64,000 bases of DNA. It comes from an uncultured virus (IMG/VR IMGVR_UViG_2061766007_000756). Taxonomy: Duplodnaviria > Heunggongvirae > Uroviricota > Caudoviricetes. The stretch lies in IMG/VR virus record IMGVR_UViG_2061766007_000756. One strand, 5' to 3'. Made by a program: the position numbers and the translations under genes. The notes under the pieces are model-generated. The model was not told the DNA's origin and searched no databases. It saw nothing but the letters and a program-made list of their open reading frames with translations. Positions 1 to 10,551 of this stretch are shown here, piece by piece. Each line of letters opens with the position of its first letter. Positions within the stretch are counted from its first letter, which is position 1.

Positions 1-107
1 GGTGAAGCTCTTGCAGAAGGTATCAATCAACTTCCAGCTGCTCACAAGGTAGTTGCTGCTGGTTTTGATGAAGCTGCTTTTGATGCTATGCTAAATTCTG
101 CTAAGAT
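1..107 (+). CDS. Fragment of a phage protein, possibly major capsid protein
   Basis: Open frame GEALAEGINQLPAAHKVVAAGFDEAAFDAMLNSAK with highly biased codons; only 35 aa visible, assignment from remembered resemblance. Confidence 0.3.
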
Positions 108-178
108 NNNNNNNNNNACTTTATAGAATTACGCAAGTAAATGATGATGGAACCGTGGTATTGCAAGANNNNNNNNNN

Positions 179-253
179 GCTTTCAGGGATTAGCTCTTCT
201 TCATCTTCTTCTTCCCAAGTCTCATCGAAATCTTCCAAATAATCTTCAGACAT
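179..253 (-). CDS. N-terminus of the sigma factor (misoriented contig)
   Basis: ATG at 253 after AGGAGG gives MSEDYLEDFDETWEEEDEEELIPE; overlaps 2381-2420 on + strand with a few SNPs. Confidence 0.75.
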
Positions 254-303
254 TCTATCCCCTCCTATGATTATAAATTGCTATTTTTTCATTTTCTATA
301 AAT

Positions 304-332
304 ATTATACCAAATTTTTTCTAAAAAATCAA
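304..332 (-). promoter_or_regulatory. sigmaA-type promoter for sigma factor gene
   Basis: TTGATT-17-TATAAT with extended TG on minus strand. Confidence 0.75.
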
Positions 333-853
333 ATCAGAGATTATAAATATCATCCTCACTGTTATCATCATCGTCATCAGTATCAGCATCATGGAACCAA
401 ATCTGCTCATATGCAGTTTGCGTTGTCGGCTTTTCAATTCTTTTAGCCCGCTCATCATCCCAAAAAGGCCAGCAAGGGTCAAGGNNNNNNNNNNNTATCC
501 ATTATCCCAATCTTTCCATCTTTGTGCAATAGCATCAAGAGTGTCATACTTATTCATATACATCTCGACGTGCGGCCGCACCATTCTGTCATCATGGAAG
601 TGACCAAATAACCAGGCGCAATTCCAGTGAATTTCCTCTTTAAGAGTGTCAAACCAGCGCTCCATTGAGCTATCGACTGTACTTTGGTCAACTCCAGCAA
701 GGAACAGATCAAAAGGTTGCCAGGTATAGGGGCAAGTGTGAGTAAGAACAAAGTCAAAAGTCATATCATGAACATTGCTCTGAATATCGAACATTTCCTG
801 GGCAGAAAGCTGCTCATCTTTGAACCAGCCGGTCCAATGAGTCTCGGGATCCC
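331..853 (-). CDS. Metallophosphoesterase C-terminal half (continuation of 1303..1735)
   Basis: VLTHTCP and WLFGHFHDD motifs complete the calcineurin-like fold begun at 1303. Confidence 0.7.
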
Positions 854-968
854 NNNNNNNNNNTAAGCTATTTGCCAGAGATTTATCAAATTTGCAATTT
901 AGATAAGGTATATGTGACTAATTATTTAATCCCTCCGGATAAGATGAAAAAAGAAATAGAGGTGTGAC

Positions 969-1301
969 ATGAAACCGATTATGCTTTGGATTGATGATAT
1001 AAGAGACCCAAAAGATTATGGATATAGAGATTGCGAGGATATGCTTGTAATCTGGTGTAAAAGTGTCTATGATGCTATCGCCGCATATGAATCTTTAGGA
1101 CATTATATTAAATACATCAGTCTGGACCATGATGCCGGCGATTACGTGTCTGCTGGTGGCGACTATATTAAATTCCTTGATTGGTTTGAAAGAAATCATC
1201 AAGAAAAAATTACTGGAGTTAAATGGAATATTCATTCTTTTAATCCAGTAGGAATTCAAAATATGAAAGCCATCTTAAATAAGAATGGAGTGAATTGTTA
1301 A
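969..1301 (+). CDS. Cyclic-phosphate-processing receiver-like domain protein
   Basis: LWIDDIRDP, ISLDHDAG and IHSFNPVG motifs. Confidence 0.7.
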   Translation: MKPIMLWIDDIRDPKDYGYRDCEDMLVIWCKSVYDAIAAYESLGHYIKYISLDHDAGDYVSAGGDYIKFLDWFERNHQEKITGVKWNIHSFNPVGIQNMKAILNKNGVNC

Positions 1302-1302
1302 A

Positions 1303-1735
1303 ATGAAATGGAATGGAAATATTGAGCATTTTGTAGTAACTGGTGATATTCATGGTAATACCCAGGATATTGACCTGTTCTGCAAAAATTATGATGTTTC
1401 TAAGAACGCGTTAATTATTCTTGGAGACGTCGGATTAAATTATTATCTCAATAAAACCGATAGAAAGAATAAAGAATATGTACAGGGCCTGGGTTGTTTA
1501 ATGTACTGCGTTCGCGGCAATCATGAAGCACGTCCTGAAAGCCTGCCAGATATTAAAGAGGAATATGATGACATTATTGATGGATATGTGTTATATGAGG
1601 AACAATATCCGAATATCCGCTATCTAAAAGATGGTGGCATTTATAACTTCGGCGGATATACTGGTTTGGTAATTGGCGGTGCCTATTCTGTTGATAAGCA
1701 TTACAGACTTGCGCGCGCCCGTGCCAACGGCTGGG
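1303..1735 (+). CDS. Calcineurin-like metallophosphoesterase, N-terminal half
   Basis: GDIHG, ILGDVG, VRGNHE, IGGAYSVD motifs; ends at N gap. Confidence 0.85.
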
Positions 1736-1779
1736 NNNNNNNNNNNNNNNNNNNNNNNNNNNNNNNNNNNNNNNNNNNG

Positions 1780-1999
1780 CTAATAAGCTATGTCCGTGAA
1801 CATTTACCTGTTTCATATCTTTTAAGAAGCCAATATCATGAAGCATCTTTATAAACAAGTATCCTTCTTTGCTATCATCAACATCAATAATGTCGACTGG
1901 TATGCTCTCCATAGCTACGGCCGCACCCATGATACTTGTAACCCAAGCAGTTTCTTGAGTCGTAATAGGCTCATATAATTCATCAAACCAAAGAATCAT
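1780..1999 (-). CDS. Hypothetical protein (3' end in gap)
   Basis: AGGAGG RBS, ORF follows 2001..2363. Confidence 0.55.
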
Positions 2000-2000
2000 T

Positions 2001-2369
2001 TCAGCCTCCTAGCGCAACAAATTTATTTTTAAACCATTGAATAGGATTGCGCTTAACGTGCTCATGCACCATATTATCTTCCAGATCCAATCTGTACCGA
2101 TACTTGCGATCGGTTTCCAGATTTACTTTGGTAACCATTTCAGCTCCTGCTACTGGAGCATAATAGATAGGCAAGATATCACCTTCCAGCTCAACAATTT
2201 CTGTCTGTTCATACACGCATTTACAAAGCAGCACACCACTTTTATAAATGCAAACTTCTTTGATAGGAAAGTTTCGAGGATCGTTAAAACTGTCCTGAAT
2301 ATCTATGAGATAATGATAAACTTTTGGACGATTGAGATATTCATAATGTAGCCAATAAGTCACTTCATT
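2001..2369 (-). CDS. Hypothetical protein
   Basis: About 120 aa ORF ending TGA. Confidence 0.55.
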   Translation of the reverse strand, partial: NEVTYWLHYEYLNRPKVYHYLIDIQDSFNDPRNFPIKEVCIYKSGVLLCKCVYEQTEIVELEGDILPIYYAPVAGAEMVTKVNLETDRKYRYRLDLEDNMVHEHVKRNPIQWFKNKFVALGG

Positions 2370-2379
2370 NNNNNNNNNN

Positions 2380-3377
2380 AACTTGGGAAGAAGAAAATGA
2401 AGAAGAGCTAATCCCTGAAAATACCGGAGACTATGATAAGAGTGTTGTAGAAAATTCCTTCCGTTTGATGATGAAACAGATCGGAGAATATGATTTGCTT
2501 TCCTTCGATGAAGAGCAGAGTCTGGCTAAGAAGTCGAAGGCAGGCGACCTGGCCGCACGTAACGACCTTGTAGCTCACAATTTACGCTTGGTATATTCTA
2601 TCTCGCGCAAATATGTTGGTAAGGGCATGGAGCCTCAAGACCTGTTCCAAGAAGGCAGTTTAGGCTTGATGAAAGCCGCAGAAAAGTTTGACCCTGATAA
2701 GGGTTTCAAGTTTTCCACTTATGCTACCTATTGGATTAAGCAGGCNNNNNNNNNNTAGCCTGGGCTTGATGAAGGCCGCAGAGAAGTTTGACCCCGATAA
2801 GGGTTTCAAGTTTTCCACTTATGCTACCTATTGGATTAAGCAGGCAATTAGTCGTGCCCTAGCTGAGCAGAACCGAGTCATTCGTATTCCAAGTCATATC
2901 AACGATTTAGCGAGCAAAATGCGTCAGGTCTCTTCTGAATTAACCCAGGCTTTACATCGCACTCCTCGTGTAAGCGAAATTGCCGCTGCTATGGACCTTC
3001 CAGTAGCAAAGGTGAAAGAAATCCAGGATGCACTGAGAGACACTTTATCTCTTGATGTTTCTGTTGGTGAAGATGATGATGCAACTATGGGCGATTTAAT
3101 TGCCGATGAAAACTTTATTTCGCCCCTGGAAAACATTATCAAGGAGGATCGTCATCATCAGATTCAGAAAGTGTTATCTACCATGTCTGAGAAAGAGGCT
3201 CAAATTATCTCGATGAGATTCGGTCTTGATGATGGCCAGCCTAAGACTCTTGCAGAAATTGGAGAATACTTCGGCTGTTCANNNNNNNNNNNNNNNNNNN
3301 NNNNNNNNNNNNNAAAAGCAATGCGTAAGCTACGCAGTCCGCTTCGTAAGAAAATGCTTGCTGAGTACACCAGCTGA
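2380..3377 (+). CDS. RpoD/SigA-like RNA polymerase sigma factor
   Basis: [53 protein letters not shown], region 4 RFGL...TLAEIG; split by gap duplication. Confidence 0.92.
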
Positions 3378-3382
3378 TAAAG

Positions 3383-3412
3383 AGGAGGGCAAAAAAGCCC
3401 TCCTTGATTTTT
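3383..3412 (+). terminator. Rho-independent terminator
   Basis: AGGAGGGC-AAAAAA-GCCCTCCT then T tract. Confidence 0.75.
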
Positions 3413-3432
3413 TATAAAAAATATGGTATAAT
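3404..3432 (+). promoter_or_regulatory. sigmaA-type promoter
   Basis: TTGATT-17-TATAAT with extended TG. Confidence 0.8.
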
Positions 3433-3462
3433 TTATATAGAAAATAAGAAAGGTGGGATTTA

Positions 3463-4302
3463 ATGAACTACTTTGTAGATTTTGAAGCAACACAATTTTC
3501 AAACGAGATTATCTCGATCGGTTGTGTGCGCGAGGACGGCGCAGAGTTTTACTCAGAAGTACGCGCCCGCAAGAAAATCACGGGGTTCATTACATCTCTG
3601 ACTGGTATTACGGACGAACAGAATAAAACAGCGGCTAGTTCCGACGAGGTATTTTCTCGTTTTTTTGATTGGCTGATGGAATCACCCGATGAAAGAGCTG
3701 TTTTTTATTGCTATGGTAATGCAGACATCAATTTTATTAAGAAAAATCTCGACCTAACAAAAAACCTAAAAGCCCAAGCAGCACTTTCCATAATGGGAAC
3801 GAATCTGCATGACTATTCATCAGTAACAAGAACACACTTTGGTCTGGTTAAGAATATTGCACTTATTAAATTGGTAGCTTATTATCGCGGCGTTGAGTCC
3901 GTAGTGCAGACACATGATGCTCTTGAAGATGCTCGATTTCTAAAAGAGGTATATGACCACGTCAATGCTGAGTCAGAGGTATTAGGACACCCGTTTCCCG
4001 ATTATGAACTGGGTTCAACAGAAACAAAGGAGATTAGTTCTCCACAGAAGTCACCCCGTAATATTCTCAAAACCTTAAAACATCGTGTTGATATGTACGA
4101 TCACGAAGGAGAAGTTCTTGAGCAGTCATTTAATAATATTGGTGAGGCTCGTCATTATGTGATCGACCATATGGGCGCATATGACCAGAAGCGCACCGAT
4201 AAAGCCAAGGTCGAGAATAAGATAATTAACGCAAACGCAAAGAAAACAACATATACAGGACATATTTGGAAAATTGTTATTTTAGAAGGAATGGAGGGAT
4301 AA
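3463..4302 (+). CDS. DEDDh 3'-5' exonuclease with C-terminal extension
   Basis: YFVDFEAT, EIISIGCV, HDALEDA motifs. Confidence 0.85.
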   Translation: MNYFVDFEATQFSNEIISIGCVREDGAEFYSEVRARKKITGFITSLTGITDEQNKTAASSDEVFSRFFDWLMESPDERAVFYCYGNADINFIKKNLDLTKNLKAQAALSIMGTNLHDYSSVTRTHFGLVKNIALIKLVAYYRGVESVVQTHDALEDARFLKEVYDHVNAESEVLGHPFPDYELGSTETKEISSPQKSPRNILKTLKHRVDMYDHEGEVLEQSFNNIGEARHYVIDHMGAYDQKRTDKAKVENKIINANAKKTTYTGHIWKIVILEGMEG

Positions 4303-4303
4303 T

Positions 4304-5686
4304 ATGAGCGAACATGCTGGATATGTAGTAAAAGTAGAACACTTGCGTCCGCACTCCAATGCTGACCGCTTACAAGTTGCAACATTTTTTGGAAACGACA
4401 CTTGCGTTTCTCTTGATGTAAAAGTCGGAGATATTGGAATTTATTTCCCTACAGACCTTCAGCTTTCTGAAGAATTTTGCGAAGCAAATAATCTCGTCCG
4501 CAAGAAAGATGAAAATGGTAACAACATCGGTGGATATATGGAACCCGATAAAAGAAATGTTACCACCATTAAACTTCGTGGTGAAAAGTCTGATGGCCTT
4601 TATCTGCCTATCTCTTGTTTTGATTATCTAAATATTGATTTAGAAAGTTTTAAAATCGGTGAATCTGTAACCATGATTAATGGACATGAAATTTGCCGTA
4701 AATATATTCCTCGCACCAATCCAAAAGGACAAAGAATTACAAGAGAAGGTAATCGTGTGCGTAAGCATCATGCGCCAATCGCCCCTCTGTTTATAGAACA
4801 TGCTGACACTGAACAGCTTGCATATAATGTTGATGCATTTAAAATTGGAGACCATGTTGAAATCACTCTGAAGATGCATGGAACTTCTCAGCGCACTGGC
4901 TATCTGCCTGTATTCCAGAAGTATAAAAGAACTCTTTGGGATCATATCATGCATCGTGAAGGAATTCCAGTTTACGATTGGGGATATGTAACTGGTACTC
5001 GTAGAACTGTACTTGATAATTTTGATGGCGGATTTTATGGAAGCAATGAATTTAGAGCGCCGCACGCAAAGTTCTTCGAAGGCAAGCTTCATAAAGGAGA
5101 AGAGGTTTATTATGAGGTAGTTGGTTATCAGACTTCTGGCGCTCCAATTATGGGTTCAGTGGATAATAAGAAAACTGGTGATAAAGAATTTATCAAACAG
5201 TATGGCAAAACTACCACTTTCTCTTATGGATGCTATCCAGTTGGTATAAAACATGTACATGGCTGGGATTCCGAAGGAGCATTTGAATTGCCTATTGAAG
5301 TGCCGCAATCTGATTTCTATGTTTATCGTATGACTATGACCAATGAAGATGGAGATGTTGTAGAATATACCCCTGACTTCATGCGTTATCGTTGCGAGCA
5401 GATGGGATGCAAGACTGTGCCAGTATTTTGGGAAGGCTTCCTTGAAAACAATCCACAAGAAGAAATCATGCAACTTGCTGAAAAGTTCTATGATGGTCCT
5501 GACCCTGTTGGTAAGACTCATGTGCGCGAAGGCGTTGTTTGCAGAATTGTAAATCGTCCAAAATTTACTGCTTACAAGCATAAGAATTTCTACTTCAAAG
5601 CTCTTGAAGGAATTGTAAAAGCTGAAGCAGATGCGCCAGATATAGAAGAAGCGGAGGAATTAAATGATAGCGAATCCGGGAATTAA
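4304..5686 (+). CDS. RNA ligase (Rnl2/DRB0094-like) with N-terminal tRNA-binding-like OB domain
   Basis: HSNADRLQ, KLRGEKSDG, motif I TLKMHGTS, YYEVVG, REGVV, YKHK. Confidence 0.8.
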   Translation: MSEHAGYVVKVEHLRPHSNADRLQVATFFGNDTCVSLDVKVGDIGIYFPTDLQLSEEFCEANNLVRKKDENGNNIGGYMEPDKRNVTTIKLRGEKSDGLYLPISCFDYLNIDLESFKIGESVTMINGHEICRKYIPRTNPKGQRITREGNRVRKHHAPIAPLFIEHADTEQLAYNVDAFKIGDHVEITLKMHGTSQRTGYLPVFQKYKRTLWDHIMHREGIPVYDWGYVTGTRRTVLDNFDGGFYGSNEFRAPHAKFFEGKLHKGEEVYYEVVGYQTSGAPIMGSVDNKKTGDKEFIKQYGKTTTFSYGCYPVGIKHVHGWDSEGAFELPIEVPQSDFYVYRMTMTNEDGDVVEYTPDFMRYRCEQMGCKTVPVFWEGFLENNPQEEIMQLAEKFYDGPDPVGKTHVREGVVCRIVNRPKFTAYKHKNFYFKALEGIVKAEADAPDIEEAEELNDSESGN

Positions 5687-5852
5687 ATTATGCCCATTTT
5701 TGAAAAAATATATTTCAGAGCCACAAGATGGACATTATGTAGATAATAATGTTTATGTTCCAAATTACATAGAAGAATTTAGAGAATGTGTAAAAAAGGA
5801 ATGTACAGCTTGGAACGAGTTAAAGAAAGATTGCAGACTTTGTGATAAATAA
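5664..5852 (+). CDS. Small Cys-rich hypothetical protein
   Basis: CPF...CVKKECTAW...CRLC; followed by terminator. Confidence 0.55.
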   Translation: MIANPGIKLCPFLKKYISEPQDGHYVDNNVYVPNYIEEFRECVKKECTAWNELKKDCRLCDK

Positions 5853-5871
5853 TTATCTCAAAGCAACCTAA

Positions 5872-5922
5872 AGGGCGATATAAAAATCGCCCTTTGATTT
5901 TTTAGAAAAAATTTGGTATAAT
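5872..5922 (+). promoter_or_regulatory. Terminator hairpin overlapping sigmaA promoter
   Basis: AGGGCGAT/ATCGCCCT stem; TTGATT 5894, TATAAT 5917. Confidence 0.75.
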
Positions 5923-5967
5923 ATATATAGAAAATGTAAAAAGGATAATTTTAGGAAGGAGTGTCAT

Positions 5968-6698
5968 ATGGCTAAACATTATGCTATTGCAGATATTCAT
6001 GGAATGTATGACATTTATCAGCAAGTATGTGATATGCTTGAGCCAGATGATGTCGTATATTTCTTAGGTGATGCTGGAGATCGTGGATATGCCGGTTTTA
6101 AATGCATCAAAGCTATTTATAATAACCCCCAATGGATTTATCTGAAAGGCAACCATGAAGATATGATGGTTAAGGCTTTAAGAGTCTTTGGCGAACAAGA
6201 TGATTTTGAGATTTGGATGTATAATGGCGGATCCCAGACTTTAGACGNNNNNNNNNNNNNNNNNNNNNNNNNNNNNNNNNNNNNNNNNNNNNNNNNNNNN
6301 NNNNNNNNNNNNNNNNNNNNNNNNNNNNGTCTCATGCTGGCTATACTTGCGGACATAAAGACCAAATGTGGGGTGATGAATTACTTTGGAATCGTAATCA
6401 TTTTTTAGATAATTGGGATGAAGAACAATATCCTAATGATATTTGTATTCATGGTCATACCCCTATTCCTTATTTAATAGATACACTTAGTTGGGAATAT
6501 GATAATTTAAAGCCTTGGAATAAAAAAATTCCAGAAGCAAGAAGTTATTGTAATGGACATAAAATTTGTATTGATAATGGGGCTTTTTATAGCAACGCAA
6601 CTGTTTTATATGATTTAGATGAAATGTGCACTATCCCCATTTTTGATAGAGAAGCCACNNNNNNNNNNNNNNNNNNNGAAGATGGCGAGGGGCAATAA
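5968..6698 (+). CDS. Ser/Thr phosphatase-like metallophosphoesterase
   Basis: ADIHG, FLGDAGDRG, KGNHE, HAG, HGHTP, CIDNG; gap-split. Confidence 0.85.
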
Positions 6699-6960
6699 AG
6701 CAAATCACTATGAAGAACATTCCTTTTACTGTCTAAACTGCGGGAGGAAAGGAATACCAATCTGGAGAGACCAAGGACATTTACATGGTAAAAATCATCG
6801 TAAAGTATTATATTGTCCTTTCTGCCAACAGAAGGTAAATCACCTGGAAGTTACCACTTATGAAGAAGCTGAAAAGTTCAAAGAAGATTTTGCGAAAGGG
6901 GTGTATAAAGATGAAGCAGCACAATCTATTTCTTATGTGCGGAATAGCTGGATCGGGTAA
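6682..6960 (+). CDS. Zinc-ribbon hypothetical protein
   Basis: CLNCG...CPFC. Confidence 0.65.
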   Translation: MARGNKANHYEEHSFYCLNCGRKGIPIWRDQGHLHGKNHRKVLYCPFCQQKVNHLEVTTYEEAEKFKEDFAKGVYKDEAAQSISYVRNSWIG

Positions 6961-7396
6961 GTCAACCTGGATTAGCGAGCATATTAAAGAACATGATGTA
7001 GTTATTTCTCGTGACCAGATACGCTTTGATATGGTAGCTGAAAATGAGAAATATTTTAGCCATGAAAAAGCTGTTTTTGCTCATTTCGTAAAAATGATTC
7101 AGAACAATCTCAATGATGACAGCGTAAATGATATTTATTGTGATGCCACTCACATTACTAAAGCTTCCAGAGATAAGTTACTTAATGCGCTTGATTTAAC
7201 CAATGCAAAGCAAATTACTGTAGTGGTTGTGCGGCCGTCGCTTACGGAAACGTTAAGACGCAACGAGTTACGCACTGGACGAGAACATGTGCCGCGTTCA
7301 GTCATCCGCCGCATGTGGTATCAGTTTGAGCGTCCAGAAGAAGATGAAAATCGTATCTTTGATACGATTTATGTGGAGGTGCCTGCTTATGAGTGA
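6911..7396 (+). CDS. Polynucleotide kinase-like P-loop protein (AAA_33)
   Basis: GIAGSGKSTW, ISRDQIR, DATH, RRNELR...VP. Confidence 0.85.
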   Translation: MKQHNLFLMCGIAGSGKSTWISEHIKEHDVVISRDQIRFDMVAENEKYFSHEKAVFAHFVKMIQNNLNDDSVNDIYCDATHITKASRDKLLNALDLTNAKQITVVVVRPSLTETLRRNELRTGREHVPRSVIRRMWYQFERPEEDENRIFDTIYVEVPAYE

Positions 7397-8049
7397 AAAG
7401 ATTTGGCTAACTTCTGACCTGCACTTTTGCCACGATAGAGGCTTTTTATATGAGCCTCGTGGATTTACGAATGTGTGGGATATGAATGAAACCATTGTAA
7501 AAAATTGGAATGAAGTTGTTGACCCTGATGATACTGTTTACTTGCTTGGCGATGTAATGCTAAACAATAATGAAATAGGTCTCAAGCTTCTAAAGCAACT
7601 TAAGGGCAATATTCATATCATTCTTGGTAACCATGATACGGATGTGCGCGCCGCCCTATACAAGGAGTGCTGGAACGTGCAATCGGTAGAGCTGGCCGCA
7701 AAAATCAAATATAAGGGCTATCACTTTTTTATGACCCATTATCCTTGCTTGACCGCCAATTTGGAAAAAGAAAGTCTAAAGCAATGCACTTGTAACCTTT
7801 ATGGNNNNNNNNNNTTATCACTTTTTCATGACCCATTACCCTTGCTTGACTGCCAATTTGGAAAAAGAAAGTCTAAAGCAATGCACTTGTAACCTTTATG
7901 GTCACACTCATCAAAAGACCAACTTCTTTCAAGATATACCATTTATGTATCATGTTGGAGTTGACTCACATAATTGCTATCCAGTTCTTTTAGATGATAT
8001 TATCGAAGAAATGGAAGCGAAAGTTCAAGAATGTAAAGAACAATTATAA
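7389..8049 (+). CDS. Calcineurin-like phosphoesterase
   Basis: TSDLHFCH, LLGD, ILGNHD, THYP, YGHTH, VGVD. Confidence 0.85.
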
Positions 8050-8089
8050 AAACACACTTTGAAAATTAAATATAGAAGGAGACTTATAA

Positions 8090-9585
8090 ATGATTTTGAA
8101 TTATCTTCCCTACATTATTGGTGCAGTAGCTGTCCTCGCTCTCATTGGCCTGCTGGCCTCTGGTTATGTAAAGGCTCCGCCGGATATGGCTTATATCATT
8201 TCTGGTCTACACAAGAAGCCTCGAATTCTTGTTGGTGCTGCCGGTATCAAGATCCCGTTTTTTGAACGACTTGATAAGCTAAGCCTGGGTGCAATTCAAA
8301 TCGACGTAAAGACTGGTTCAAGCGTCCCCACTGCTGAGTATATTAATGTAAAAGTGGACTCCACTGTCAGCGTAAGGGTTGGCAAGAGTGATGAAATGAT
8401 CGCCCTGGCCGCACAGAACTTCCTAAACGTAGATCGAATTGATATTGCTGCTAAAATCAACGACCTTTTGGAAGGTAATATTCGTGAGATTGTCGGTCAG
8501 ATGAGACTTACTGAAATGGTTAGTGACCGCAAAGCCTTTAGCGAAAAGGTCCAAGAAAATGCCGTTCCTGACCTGGCCAGATATGGTCTTGAACTTATCA
8601 CNNNNNNNNNNTCAAGAAAATGCCGTTCCTGACCTGGCCAGATATGGTCTTGAACTTATCACCTTCAATGTTCAGAACTTTGTTGATGATAATGATGTAA
8701 TCACGAACCTTGGTATTGATAACGTCGAGCAAATCCGCAAGAGTGCGGCAATCGCTAAGTCCAATGCCAAGAAGGAGATCGCAATCGCAGAAGCGGCTAA
8801 CGACAAGGAAGCCAATGATGCGAGAGTCCAGGCTGCTGAAGACATCGCAGAACGCCAGAATGCTCTTGACCTGAAGAAAGCGGCTCTGAAAGCTAAAGCC
8901 GATACCGAGTCTGCCAAGGCCGATGCTGCCAAGAACATTGAGGCTGAGCACCAGAGACAGCTGCGTGATGTTGCATCTACCAATGCTAACATTGCAAAGG
9001 CTGAGCGCGAAGCTGAACTGAAGCAGAAGGAAATTCAGCTGAAGGAATATGAACTGGATGCTCTGGTTCGTAAGCAGGCCGATGCTGAAAAGTACGCTGC
9101 CGANNNNNNNNNNNNNNNNNNNNNNNNNNNNNNNNNNNNNNNAGCTAAGGCCTATGAAATCGAGAAGCAGGCTGAGGCTGCAAGAGCAAGAGCTGATGCT
9201 GACAGATATGCTGCAGAACAGCAGGCTGCTGGTATTGCGGCAGTTGGTAAAGCTGAAGCTGATGCCATTGAAGCTAAGGCNNNNNNNNNNNNNNNNNNNN
9301 NNNNNNNNNNNNNNNNNNNNNNNNNNNNNNNNNNNNNNNNNNNNGAAATGTACTTCAAGGCACTTCCTCAGATCGTGGCAAGTGCGGCCGGCCCTCTTGA
9401 AAACGTAGACTCGATCACGATGTATGGCAATGGCAACACCGAGCAGCTTGTAGGCGAGGTTATGCGCAATGCCAATCAAGTACAGAACGCCATCAAAGAC
9501 GCCACTNNNNNNNNNNNNNNNNNNNNNNNNNNNNNNNNNNNNNNNNNNNNNNNNNNNNNNNNNNNNNNNNNNNNNNNNNNNNNNN
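8090..9585 (+). CDS. SPFH/band-7 flotillin-like membrane protein
   Basis: N-terminal TM, LEGNIREIVG, Ala/Glu-rich coiled coil; end in gap. Confidence 0.88.
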
Positions 9586-9693
9586 TATAAGGGGTATTTT
9601 TATGTCCGTTTATGCGTAGCTCGAGACCAGCGTTGCCGGCCGTTGCCGCCAAAGAAATCGCATATGGGAAATTTTTTAGGAAAAAGGCCTGAG

Positions 9694-9722
9694 TTGCTTT
9701 TTTCTTAAAATTTTGCTATAAT
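9694..9722 (+). promoter_or_regulatory. sigmaA-type promoter
   Basis: TTGCTT-17-TATAAT with extended TG. Confidence 0.7.
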
Positions 9723-9752
9723 ATACATATAAACTAGAAAGGAGTTTCTCTT

Positions 9753-10256
9753 ATGAAATCACCTGTTATGTATTGGGATGCAGAAACTGGAGTTTCTCAA
9801 TGCGTAATTACCGCAAATGATGGGTCTATACATGTTGGCAAGGCTGTGTGCGCCCCGCAAGATATGGATATGATGAACGAAAAGACTGGGTCTACAATCG
9901 CAGAGGCCCGCGCGCAACTANNNNNNNNNNATGAGAAGACTGGGTCCACAATCGCAGAGGCCCGCGCGCAACTTTCCTATATGCGTCATGTTCGAGATAA
10001 TCAAATTAGACCAGAATTAAAATCACTTAAGCGCTTCTGGAACACAATCAATCGTAGTAAATACTATGATGCTAATTCATATCCTGTGCAAATGTTGTTA
10101 AGGTCTATTCAACGTTATGAAAATGATTTAACTGCAATTAACGAGGAAATTCAGGAACTAAAACAAAACTTGAGTAACTATATGACCCAAAAAGGAATTT
10201 TTTACTCAAAGATACGAGAATTAAGAAAAAAGAATAAAAAGGCCGAAGATAAATAA
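9753..10256 (+). CDS. Hypothetical phage protein
   Basis: AAAGGAG RBS, GKAVCAPQD...G..IAEARA, coiled-coil C-terminus. Confidence 0.7.
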   Translation: MKSPVMYWDAETGVSQCVITANDGSIHVGKAVCAPQDMDMMNEKTGSTIAEARAQLXXXXEKTGSTIAEARAQLSYMRHVRDNQIRPELKSLKRFWNTINRSKYYDANSYPVQMLLRSIQRYENDLTAINEEIQELKQNLSNYMTQKGIFYSKIRELRKKNKKAEDK

Positions 10257-10290
10257 TCCGCAATTTTCTTTTTTTATACAATATGAAGGC
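10241..10290 (+). promoter_or_regulatory. Putative phage-specific promoter motif (copy 1 of 6)
   Basis: GGCCG-N25-TTTTT-ATACAATATGAAG; same spacing at 34046, 40224 (+) and 46630, 61907, 63930 (-). Confidence 0.55.
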
Positions 10291-10365
10291 TATAGGAAAG
10301 GAAGGTACACTTTCTTGATTTACTTTTTAATAGGCATCATATTTTACATGGCTTTTTAGCCCATA

Positions 10366-10551
10366 ATGGAAAGTTTTGTAGAATTAATTCAAGTAATGCT
10401 TGAAACCATAAAAGCAAAATATGCTATTAAGGTTGCTAAAATGAATAAAGAAGTGCGAGAGTTACAAGAACCAAAAGATGAAGTAACTCATGTTATTGGT
10501 TTTCAAATGCCTGACACCGAGGAGGAGTTAGAAGAAGATGGTGACTTTTAA
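10366..10551 (+). CDS. Hypothetical protein (start may be about 50 nt upstream)
   Basis: ORF ending VIGFQMPDTEEELEEDGDF, overlaps next start. Confidence 0.6.
   Translation: MESFVELIQVMLETIKAKYAIKVAKMNKEVRELQEPKDEVTHVIGFQMPDTEEELEEDGDF

Noticed and set aside
118..168. Short fragment identical to dnaE 39553-39602; likewise 15065-15120 versus 14475-14530
   Set aside because: Isolated between N runs with no flanking repeats; scaffolding debris, not CRISPR spacers
179..853. Apparent inversion splitting the phosphoesterase and sigma genes
   Set aside because: Breakpoints are N gaps and ends overlap neighbours; misoriented contig
2657..2845. Direct duplications around short N gaps (also near 7720-7900, 8550-8660, 9880-9970, 19580-19810, 38285-38405)
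   Set aside because: Overlapping contig ends with synonymous SNPs; strain heterogeneity, not tandem repeats or frameshifts
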